Shown here piece after piece: positions 36,194 through 48,800 of a DNA stretch of 64,000 bases. Position numbers and translations under genes: made by a program. This DNA is from Lingula anatina. Lineage: Eukaryota; Animalia; Brachiopoda. Position 1 is the stretch's first letter. Each line of letters begins with the position of its first letter. The notes beneath the pieces are model-generated. The model was not told where the DNA came from. It made no database searches and saw only the letters and a list, made by a program, of their open reading frames with translations. The stretch covers positions 18,972,001 through 19,036,000 of the forward strand of contig CM120640.1 in the NCBI GenBank assembly GCA_051362555.1, read 5' to 3'.

Positions 36194-39100
36194 ACATTTA
36201 GAAAAATGGTCTGAGCAAGCTCACTTTTAAACTGACCTTTATTTTATGAATATTCTTAAGTTCTGAAAGTTTGAAGACACAAGGTAATGACACACGCAGG
36301 GGATGGCTATATGAACAGACACATCCGTGTCTGCAAATAAAAAAAATTAGATGTGGGCATCATCCTCTTTCGTCAGTCTGATGTCTGTAATGCATCAAGT
36401 ACCCTATTATTTCATTTGCTCCAAATGAAATCATCAAATTTTACTAATTTTTCTTGCAACCTTTGATCAAATGTAAGGTTTCTGTCATTGATAACCATAC
36501 AACATATCCAGATAATTTCTCCCAATATTTTACTTCCAAATTCTCTATTACTTCCTTGACAATTTAAATTTGAAATTTTCCACATTAAAGGTGGTTCCAT
36601 TTTATGCATTCATAAGGAACATCAGAGCATAGCCAAATTCGACTTCTAAAATTTCTGCTGGTTAAATCCTTTCATCAAAACATTCACACTGCACAATTGT
36701 TTTTTGTTCTCTTTGTTTTGGTGGGATTTTCCCTATATTGTTTGCACAATGATTTTGGCTATTGAAAATACGTTGAAACCATACTTTTAGGTACAAGAAT
36801 GCAGGATCCCTTGAGAAATTGACCTTTAAGTCACTTACACTAGTAAATTTCGACTAAAAGTGAAACAAAGAATAAAAGGAATAATAGAAAAGTGCATGAA
36901 TTTCACCACAAAATGTGCAAAAGATTTGAAGAAATATTTCAATATAACTGGCTCTAAATACAAGAACTGCATTTTTATCAATTAAAACCTCCCAATAATT
37001 AATTAGGAAATCAATTAAACTTAAAAGTAAATTAAAAGTAGGGGTTAAAAGCAGGGGCCACAGTTTGGCAGCAGACGCTTTAATGATGCATGCAACATAC
37101 CACAAAGAATATAATTGCATTAACTAATATCAAGTTATATGATGAATCTCAAATCTGAACTTATTTCTTCTTTATTACAAAACTAAAACTCATACTTAAC
37201 TACCAAAGAAGAAAAAATACATCCGAGCAGTTATGGGTTTTGAAGAGCAAGTGGTAGATATGGAAGACATGGGCAAATACTGGAGACCAGACTCAATTCA
37301 TACACACTCTTAAATAATAAGATAGCCTTACTGTAACTTTAAAATAATCAAAAAGATAAGTAATTAAAAAAAAACACTACAGATAAATGAAGTACCAGTC
37401 TTTCAGTATTCATATGTTTTATAAAGGGAAAAAAGTACTTCCCTCTCACTAGGAAGGTTGAAGAAAGTTTTGATAATGAAGCAGCTTTCAATTATACAAA
37501 AAAGTAGACTTTCCAGAACCAGTTAATTTCTTTATCATAGGTAATAAACACTAAATAAATACTTATATGGATAAGACCAGAAAGAGGGATAAAAGGCAGA
37601 CCAGGAAGTGGATATATATTTGCTTCAGCTTCTTCAAAATTTGATCAGTTCCATAAAAACTCATCTAACGTGCATATAAATTCCAGAATCTCCATAAAGT
37701 CTTTTTATACACATAGTTCACAAAACCTCGCATTCCTTCAATATATTCTTCCATTTAAGGATATTCATATTTTTAAAATCATTTGTTGTTAAAGTAAATA
37801 AAACTGACCTACCAAACACGTCCACCTGTTGGAACTGCCCACCCCTTACATATAATAAAATGGATGTAGGGAATGTTACCAAACAGATGGTGAGACCGTG
37901 ACAGGCAGGTACACTGGTATGCAAAACAGGTATGTACTGTTGCAAAAATATCTTGTAGATAAATTTGTTTTTGCATAAAAAAATTAACTTTTTAAATTAA
38001 AATTTACCACATTAGGTTCATAATGCATGTCAACAGCATCCTAAACTGCATTCTCATGCTTAATTTTTCCTTTGCCAAAAAGCTTTCATTTAGATGAGTA
38101 CAAATTTCATTTACAACTTTGCCATATGTATCCTATCTAAAATAAAGCTGAAAGAGTTATCTAAATTCCTGTTACTAACTCTATTTTCACTATTGTTCTC
38201 TGCATAAAGGTATTTGAATTATGTAAATTCTTCATGGGAAAAATACAAACGAGACAAAATTGATTTTGTAACACTTGATTAAGTAAGTATGATTATTTTG
38301 AGTCAGTAAACTGAAATTTTAAAATCTCAGATTAATGTTGCAATTGGTTATATTCTATTCATTTAAGTAAAGGGAGTAAAATCCTGTTTTTAAAATATTA
38401 ATTTTTGCAAATGCCAGAATACATGCTTTTTTATAGGCTACAATGGGGAAGTCATGGAGTAAGCACAAAATGTGCCCCACAGTGATGACAGCCATAGCTG
38501 CAGATGACACCAATACAGTTTCCACTTACATTCAAACAGCTAAACAGCAACAATGCCTGACCCCTGACTTCTGGCGCCATCTCCTGCTCACTGCTGTGCG
38601 CGAAAAATCAATCAACATTGTTAAAATGGTACTTAAAGATGAAGACAGAGCAGACCTATCTGCTGATGGAACAAATCCTTTAGTTGTAGCCCTGTTGCAA
38701 GCTCAATGCTCTACTGATGTAAACATAATCAAGGATATAGTGATGGCCGATTTACAGGAGAATTTGCAACAAAACATTCCTTTCGATGTCATCACGACGT
38801 GCCTGGATCCCAATCTTCAGGAGTTGTCTACAATTTTGAACATAGTTCACTCAGTTCACCATCACTCATACTCCATCCACATGCACGCCATGATACTGCA
38901 TGCTGTAGTCACTTATTTCCCAACCCTCATGCCGCCATTACTGGAACGAGGAGCTGATCCTACGGGACTAACCAACAAACATTTTTTCATGGACGTTGAA
39001 AAATTCTGGGCTTTTACACGATTCACAATGCATACTAAATACATGATACCAGCCCAACACTTAGAAACCTTCATCCACGCTGCAAACAGTACAGAAGCCT

Positions 39101-39771
39101 TGGAGATAATTGCTAACATGGTGCTGGAATTATTTCAGCATGAAAGAATTTCAGTTAGTGCTACTCTGCCATTGTTGGAGCTTCTGTGCGAAACTGGTTA
39201 CAGGTTTCCAAGTTACCACATAAAATGGATACAAAATGGCATCCCACGTAACCAGTTTCCAGAATTTGGCGCACAACCAAAGCCTTTAATGCAGCTTTGT
39301 CGCACTGTCATCCGCAATTCAATGACGCATAACGTACTTTACAGTATCAAGAGACTCGACTCTTTACCTAACATATTAAAAACCTTTTTGTCTCTAAATT
39401 AACTAGAAAATGATCAATTGCACTGGAAATATTAAACCTATCCAAATATGTGCATTTCAATATCATCAAAATTCAACTTCAATGCACTATAATTCAGTAT
39501 CGTCATGCGTTGTGGATTTTAAAGAGCATTTTCCACTTTAATACACAATAATACTAATTTTGTCAGTATAAAAATAATTTGTACATACCTGATGGGGCAA
39601 TTCAGGCAAAACACCATCTCTGTATGGTAGAAGAAAACAATAGGGTACAAACTCAAGGTTACCAAAGTCTACAAAACGCACCATAGCTCCTTTCTGAAAG
39701 AGAATGCATAAGAAATTTGGGTCTGTTTGAACGATGTCTTTGAGCAGCAAATGCATAATTACTTTTTGTGA

Positions 39772-39843
<72 letters not shown>

Positions 39844-42800
39844 GGCTATAATTTAAGTCATAAAGAGCTCTTCGAGGGGAGGAGAGGGGAGGGTGGTTGG
39901 TATTTCGACAAGTTTAATGGGAGAACCAATTTCTTTGGATGCAGTTTATTCCTTTATGTTTATTTCTATTTTAGTTTTGTTTTCAAGCAACATTCATAGA
40001 AATCTGTACTAGTACATGTCACAAATGTTTAAAATGTAAGTTTGCATCTTGAAATAAAAGATACAAATATGACAAAGTTTATTTGGTACAAAGCTGAGTC
40101 ACTGTGGAAGCATTTTCTTCAAACATACTTTAATGAAAGCATTTAAGTAAAAGATGTGACAGCATTCATTAGGTCTAGCGAATATGTGGACCAAGTTGTA
40201 CCCAGGTCCTCCACTAATCTTTTTTTTTTCCAAATATAAAATTTCAATGTACCAAGATTTATAACATAGATAACAAGATAGTTTTACCTAAACAAAATCT
40301 TCCCCTTATCTTGCTAGTTACTTCAAGCTCAAAGAAATTAGTATCAGGATGCATTAATCCATAACATTCACCTGTTTAGTGATTATCTCTTATCTGCCTC
40401 ATGTTTCTTGTTTGGAGAAGTTAAATACTTCTTTTCATATAACTTACTTTGGCACAATTTGTCTCTTCATTGTATTGTATATAAAACATTAAATTAATCT
40501 CATTAAGTATTTTCTGAGTGAAGTAGCTATGTGAAACAAATAATTATTCCATTCAGTTTATTTATTCACCCTTTCATATTCAGCATCTGTCTTCAACATG
40601 CTATGTCCTACCACATACCCTCAAAAGGGGGAAAAAAGGTACACGACTATAAAGCCCACATAAGAACACTACACATGCTTTAAACCTCCTTGAATTGTAC
40701 TTATTAAACCATACACCTCTGAGGGAGCTTGCTACCCCTCTACCACCCTCCTATGTAAAGCAAGTCTCTGCAGCTACCAGTAGAATTGATAAAAGACAAA
40801 GTTATCCAATCATCATGTAAATCACAATGAGATAAACTAAGGGAAATCTTCATAACACTCAATGACTACTTTGCTCACAAACCTTTGCTTTTCCAACAGG
40901 AAGCTCTTCCACTCTAGCTCTGTACCACATGTTGTCTGCACTGAAGCGCGCAAAACACAGCTGTCCAACTTCTGGTGGCTCTGGATCCATCTGTGCATAC
41001 GTCTGCCAGTCTTGGTGTTTTATAAATGCAAACCTGAAAAGAAATTCCTCCATGTAGGGCCAATATTAAATATTTCTTACCAATGCTGAATATTTGACAA
41101 AACACAAAAAAATAAATAAATAAATAAAGTGCTTACTTTAAATTCCAAATCCTTTTTTCAGCTTATCAACTACCATACAAGCTCAGCATTTGAAGTATTC
41201 TAATAATCATCACACATACTACATATTACTTGTGTAGATTTTTGTTCTATCCAAACCATCCAATTTTTTAAATAATAATTTGTATATCTGTAAAACATAA
41301 ATATACTGCAATATGATAACACCATAAGTTGAAATGCATCTCTAAAACAAGTGCAGCATGCCAGGTTTGCTGACCTAATCGCTATGCACATCTTCTCCAG
41401 AGTATTCCAGGCATGCTTGGAGAAGTCTGGCTGTACCCAGAAGTGGCCATGTTTACTGAGGAGACTGTTCACATACACAGACATTGTATCTCCTGAAGAA
41501 AAAAAAGAAGAAAAAATTGAACTGAATAAAAATGGCACTTCTAATTATAAAATGCATAGTCACTGGTTCATACTGGAATGCTAAGAACAAGTTCAAGGAC
41601 TTTTGAACTCTAATTGAAGTACTTTTCAAGGAGGTTCTGAATGCAAATGAAGGCAATGTACTGTCATTTATAAGTGTACACACTTAACTAAAAAATAGTC
41701 AAGTAATATTTCAAATAAACTTTGCATTTGAATAATGTCCATGATGAAACGTGAAAATAAAAAAAAGTTATATGATGTTCATTAAGGATATTCTCCCCTC
41801 CTGTGAATTATGTCTACATTCAGGTTTAAAAGATTTGAAATAATTTTTGACAAATTGCTACATGATTGAATTTGAATACTTTTCAAGCAATTTTATTACT
41901 TTAATAGCAATTTTAAGTAGTCTTCAAGGCCACTAACTAAATTCAAGGTGCAGGGCTAAATTCAAGTACTTTTCAAAGCTGTATGAATCCCCGGTTTGCT
42001 GATGTATGGCTACAATGGTCAGGTGTGATGTCAGAAAAATAATCAGAATATGTAGGATTTCTTTTGAATTGTAATATGAGCAACTTATATTTTGTCTATC
42101 TGTTAAACATTAGTGACTGGTCTAGACCAAACTGCTTTAAAATTGTTTTTTACAGTATTAAAAATTAGTTATTTGAACAATTACAGCAGTGAAAATCAAA
42201 GCTTTTTAAATTTTACCTTCTTGTGGTGGCTCTGTATCAAATTTCAAGTCTGAACCTGAAAAAGGCAAAATGGAAAACATATGCTCATCAATCTTGGAAA
42301 TCGACATTCAAATTTAAAGAAGTTAACCTATTCAAACCAAGATCAACAGTACAAGCACCTCAGATCTCTAAAAATGGAACTGAATCATGTTATTAATGAC
42401 CTTAGAGAATATCGCAAACATATCATAGTTACACATACTCACAATTATCAGATGAAAATTAACCTGTAGTTTTGTCACTTACATTGAACAATTTTAAACT
42501 TTTTAACTTCTACATAATTTGAAATTGGGATGAAAGCTCTCACCTAGCTATGCTTTCAAAAGTCTGTGTAGAAACTGAAAAGTTTTAAATGATCCAACAT
42601 TAAGACTCACAATTTGTTTCACTGTGAACCTCAACAGCCTTCAGGCCATCAATGGCTTCCATGATATGTGATACTACCTCCTGTTTCAACTCCAGTCCCA
42701 GATCTAAGGAAGGCAGATTTCCCACAAGCACATCAGAGTCAAATGTTACTAGCTGAAATCCAAGAAAAGGAAGAAGTGTTTTTTAATCCTTAAAATGTTT

Positions 42801-45800
42801 TCAGCTGCAAATGATTTTTGCAATATCATTTAAGTTTTGCACATGACTATTTAACAGACTAAATGAAGGTAAAACAGTTCCATTTCACAAACACATGCAC
42901 ATCCACAAAGACTTTTGAGTATACTGTAGTTAAAGTGAAAATTAGCACCTACAGAATTTTTAAACTCTTCCATTTTAGATTCTTCTTCTTCTGACATAAA
43001 CGGGTGCTGTTCCATAAACTGGGCACTTTCCAAACTCACCTGAAATACACATAGGTTCTGTGATTTGTACCTTATCTGACTAAACATGACTATGATGTTC
43101 AAAATTTATCTTTGCCTCAAAAAAATTTCATCAACAATTATTTGAATCTAGTTAACATTTTCACAGTGTGGCAGGCTTTAACAACAAATTTATACTTATA
43201 TACTTTTATGTTTCTCCATTTTGTTTTGTTATCCTTCGTAAATTTCTTACTTTAGACACATTTTGAATCCATTCTTGGCACATGTTTTGGCACTGCTGAA
43301 TTTTAGAGATTTTTTCACTGGTGGTATCTTTGAACTGTTTGATCACATCCTTGGCCTTAAGCTTTATTCTCTGCTGTGCTTCTTGGACCATCTGTTTTAT
43401 ACTTCTTTCTGCCTTCCAATTTCTGTTAAGAAAACACACATAAAATTATATCTATAGAGCACGCCAAGAGCACAGACCTCTGCCAAGGCAAAATATAAAT
43501 CATAATTTAAAAAAATTCAAAAATCATTTAAGCAATACATGGAAACCACTTTCAATTGTAATCACTTCTACCCTCTTTTAATAACTGTTTATCCTGAACA
43601 TTACACCACAATTTATGAGGAACTTTTTGAGATACCTTGCTTACTAATTAACCAAATCTAATGAAATCAACTTCACCATAATGATAATTTTAAGGAATAC
43701 CAATGGATACCATCATTCACATTACACAATCAGGCCAGTAGGTTTAGGTCCAAAATAAAAAAAAATTGACAAAAAGAAACATCCACTGAAATAAATGAAA
43801 ATGCTTTTTAAAATATGCATTACACTTGATCACAAGTACAAGAATAACAGATGGATGGATGACTAAAGGAAAAGTGAAGTCACACTTACTTATCATTAAG
43901 GTTTTGGATCATGATTTTAAATTCTTCTATCCTGATCTCGAGTATTTCCTTTAAACTGAAAATAAAATGCTGTTCAAATAACATACAGTAATTCTGCAAC
44001 TGTTCAAACTAATTTATTTCTTGTGGGAATTTGCCAGATGCCAAATCTTTGATCTTGTTAATTTATTTATTAAACTTTATTTATTTATTAAAGGTAAAAA
44101 CATAGTCAATTTAAATTTTATCTTACCCATGTCCCTCATGAGGTTAGTGAAAGTACATAAATGAAACATTTATTGAATAAATAATCTAAAAGATTATTTT
44201 AAGACTATCAAAATAACACTAAAACATTAAATCAATTAAGACTATTAAAACAATAATGATAATAATAATCCTCATTTTTTGATAAAACATAAATAGGATG
44301 ACTTACCTTTCAAATGTATTCACGTTTCTAATGTCATTATCAAGATTATTTACCTTGCAAGGCTCTAAAGCTCAGGAAATATTGACATTACTAATCTACT
44401 TTTATTTGAAGGATTTTATTGTTGTTAAAGCTTTGGAAAGATCAATGGCTTTGAAACATTTCCAAATGCATATATGATACCTTAAATAATACTTTCACGT
44501 TACATAACAAAAACATCTCAAATGTATGACCTTGAAAATTCTCCTATCTTTGTCTGTAAATCTTCTTTCTTTTTCTACAAGACAAAAGAAAAATTTATAA
44601 AAACTAGAGGATCAGAGAGGCGATACCGCCTCCGAATATTGTACCACCAGCTGGAGCAAGCGCATTCGTATAGACCCCCACATACACAAAATAAGGGACA
44701 CAGCCACCAGTCTTATGCTTGACAAGCTATAAAAATGACAGAGACAGTTTTCAGTTTCGGTATCTTATGGCCGCTACACCCGTGAAAATGCACCGATTGA
44801 CCCCAAATTCACACAGATGAAAGATGACCTGAAGGGTAACATTTTCCAATAATATTATTGGTTAAGTCTGTGTGGTGTCTGAATAACAGCGCAAATAAAT
44901 TTTTTTTCGTAAAAAAATTCATTTTTTTGAAAATTTTTGCCCGTTTGACCTTGAAATAAAGGTCAAAGGTCAAATCCAAGGGCATATTTGAAATCTACAC
45001 ATATGACTTTTGGAAAGCCGTCTGTAGAAATTTTTCCCATAATTCCTTCCGTAGGGTAGATAATTAGCATTTAATTTTGCCATTTTTGGACAAGGGTGCA
45101 TTGCAATGAGTGCCACACCTAGACCCCAATACCGACAAAGCCCAAATTTTACGTGGAACGAGTTGAGATTATAGGTGACCTGAATCCAAGAGATGGGTAT
45201 GGGGGCCCTTACCGTCTAGGAGGAGAAGCGGTAACGGTAACATGGCGGCAGAGCCGGCGGAGCCGCAGGAGCCGGCGGAACGGACCGGACGGGACTAAAA
45301 CCATGTGTACCGCCAGCGCTAACGCTGGAGGTCTAGGAGGAGAAGCGGTAACGGTAACATGGCGGCGGAGCCGGCGGAACGGACCGGACGGGACTAAAAC
45401 CATGTGTACCGCCAGCGCTAACGCTGGTGGTACAATAAATATATTTGTACACACTTAGCAATATAACTATTCATAGCAAATTTTATAAATAGGGACTCTG
45501 ACATTATTCCCTATTAATACAGACAAATAATTATACTTATGTCACCAAAATTGTTATTGCTACATTTTTGAAAGCTTTTGTTCTGATAGTTTCATTTATT
45601 TTAAGTCTGATCATTAAACGAGCCAGTTAAACAAATTAAAAAAAAATTCTAACCTTCATTTCTGTGGACATCAGATGGTGATTGCCCAAACGTCCAAAGT
45701 GTACAGTCTTGCTACATTCCTCACAATACTTAACAGGTTCTTCACCTTAAATAAAGAGACCATCTCAGCCCAGATGTAATATGCAAAATGAAAGTTTTTA

Positions 45801-48800
45801 AAGGAGATATGTTACTGAGATACTGTATGAAAAGCAACTGTATATGTAATATTCTTCTGCTAAGGTTTGATAAAATTCTTCATTTATCTTTTTATCATTA
45901 TTTTGGCAAAAACAAAGACAACACCTTTAGTGTGCTGGAGAAAACTTATTGGAGTGAGGAATGATACAAGAATTCATACAAAACACAAATAGGATTTTGC
46001 TAAGGGGAGAATCATTTTATATATGGGCATTTTTACAATCCTGGGCACTTTTCGGATTTTCCCACATATTGCTAATTAACAAATTACATACATATGATCA
46101 AAGAATTTTTTTATCACTATGTTAGAGAATGGTGTAAGTGAAGATAAACACTGAAAATAGAAACCAAATATCACCACCGAGTCCAAAGATATGCTAAAGC
46201 AAAGCCCGAAAAATGACCAAAAATTTTTCCCGTTTTAGTCATATGAAATAAAAAGCAATCTGAAATAAATTAAAACAGTGTTTGACATTGCATTTCTTTG
46301 GATTATAAAACACTCAGTAGTATGGTGGAAGCAAAAAAGTTTAAATATTAACAGGAGAGAGGTGTATCCTAGTAAAAAAAGTCTTTTAATGGCATGCTGG
46401 TATTTCCGTTAAACGAAATGTCCATTCCGAAACAAAAATAAATGACTTTCAGAAAATATATCATAAAACATACAGTATAATTTACCATCCTAATCATTAT
46501 TTGGATGTATTGGTATTGTTTGCATCAAATAATGAAATCTGCGCAATGATTCTGGAGCTTGACATGGAGTGCAAAATAACCCTACCGTGTTTTTCCGTTA
46601 AATTTGTCCATTCCGAAACATTGGGTTTCTCTTACATAAAAAGAACATGTTGACACCTAGCCAGTAACAATATATATTTCTCTAAAGCCCAGGACATGTG
46701 ATATTTATTTTTATATAAGAAAACCCCAGTGCACAGAAACCCATTTAACTGTGGTCTTTTTTGAGATGCTTGTTAAAAATTGTCCATTCCGAAACAAAGT
46801 ACCTTTACATTGCCAATGTTATAAATAGAGAGAATTCTGTCTTTAATGCTGTATGTTTCACTTGACATAAGCAAATTACTGTTAGAGCATCATGCATATG
46901 ACATGTAAATAATAGAAAAACATTTCTTCAGTGGCATCTTTTTAAATTTCTATATATATCCTCAACAAAAAAATTCATTTTTGCGAGTCAGGATCTTTTC
47001 TTTGGATCTACTAGAACTTCCATTGCATACTTTCCCAAAGTTCATGTATTTCAAAGTTAAATTAACAATTAATTGAAGAGATTATATCAGTATAAATAGA
47101 AATATAGGCAATTTGGATGCTTTGTATCGGAAAGGACATTTTTTAACACATTGTCTAAAACACTTGTTTACTCTTTGGTCTGCTCATCTATTTATTATTC
47201 ATGAGGAAGAGGATGATGGGAAGCACATCAAATTTATGTAGAATATAATTTTGAATAATATAGCTTATCTTACTTTAAATACTGCTTACTTTTGATGTAC
47301 AAAAAAGTATTCGAAAATAGTTATGAGGCTACACGTGTTAAAGTTGCAAAGGTCAGTTCACTGGCACGGTTTACAGAGGCGCTTGCAGGCAGACACAGGG
47401 TTATAATTAACTTCCTGTGATTATCTATAATATATACATACATCATGATATATATATATACACCATTTAAGCAATTTCGTTAATGTTAAATAAATGTCCA
47501 TTCCGAAACACAGGACATGCCTAAAAGGACATATTTAAAAATGTAATTACTAAATTTAAACCTGACCTTGTCAAATAATATTTTATACAGCTATGAGCTG
47601 TAACAAAAGGAAGTAGAATAGGGTATAATGGAGTGTAGAAGACTCTATTTTATATCATGATCAAATACTAAGGGAGTAACATTTAAAAAAAGAATCAAAA
47701 ACTATCCAAAATGACCAATTAATGTAATAAAAACAATTCAGTTTTAATCTAGTTTACTCATATTTTGTCTAATGATTGCTTCACCTGTACCTTGTAAACC
47801 AACATACTATGAGATCTTAAGGCAATTTCATAAATGTTAAACAAATGTCCATTCCGAAACAAGGACATGTCTAAAAGGACATATTTAAAAATGTAATTAC
47901 TAAATTTAAACCTGACCTTGTGAAATAATATTTTATACAGCTATGCACTGTAACAAAAGAAACTGGAATAAGGTATAATGGCATAAAGAATACCTGGAAT
48001 ATATCTCAGAATCAATATTTAATAAAATAAAATTCCAGTAATGAATTACTAGTACAAAATAGACAAAACAAGCACAAAATGTAATAAAAAGACTTCAATT
48101 TTAGTTCAGCTTCCACCTATTCTGCCCAGTTATTCATAGACTTCACCTAAAACTTATAAAAACTCAGATACTACAATATATTAAAACAATATCATAAATG
48201 TTAAAAAAATGTCCTTTCCGAAACAGGGATGTTTCGGAAAGGACATTTATTTTAACATGACACTGCAATTAGCACACATGTCCGTGCAAAATAATATTTT
48301 ACACAATCATGAAGCATAACATAAAGAACTAATGCAAGGTAAAGTGAAGTACAGAAGTCCTCAGAATATCTCAGAATCAAAAACTTCATGGAGTCACATT
48401 TAATACTGAAACAGGAAAATTACAAAATGTCATTGATTCGTCAAATTTTGGATATTTTCATCCATTTTTTTTGCAAATACATAAAAGAGCAATACTCTCT
48501 GAGTAAAACTAAGTGGTTTTTTGGAGATCAATACCTTAAATTACCATAAAAGTCACACACTTCAAGGTTTAGCTTATGAAAATTAAAAAAATGATTTTCA
48601 AAATTCAAATGATCATATCTTTATACATACACAAGGTTTTATCTCAGGATTGTCATTTCTTATACCCTTCAGGTCTATACTTTCAAGAAAAGTACACATT
48701 TCAACACAAAAATGACTTCTATTTTTGACCCTTGTTGGGAAAAAAAGGAGCCCAGGATTGTAAAAATGCCCATATATACATGAATACATAAATTGGCAAG

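Noticed and set aside
36237-36330. Possible extra minus-strand exon in the large Tudor intron
   Set aside because: The required phase 0 hits a stop; 39589 joins directly to 35142 to give the expected LPHQ-ALECCL.
42544-42574. Apparent 31-nt minus-strand exon with good AG/GT sites
   Set aside because: Would need a 36-nt intron and shifts the next exon (42217-42255) into a stop.
45153-45458. 101-aa ORF with an internal repeat
   Set aside because: Translation of the duplicated terminal block of the HINE-like element.
46419-48245. Regularly spaced 16-bp repeats resembling a CRISPR array
   Set aside because: Spacers are 160-350 bp and partly homologous to each other, the context is a eukaryotic intron inside a TIR element, and there are no cas genes.
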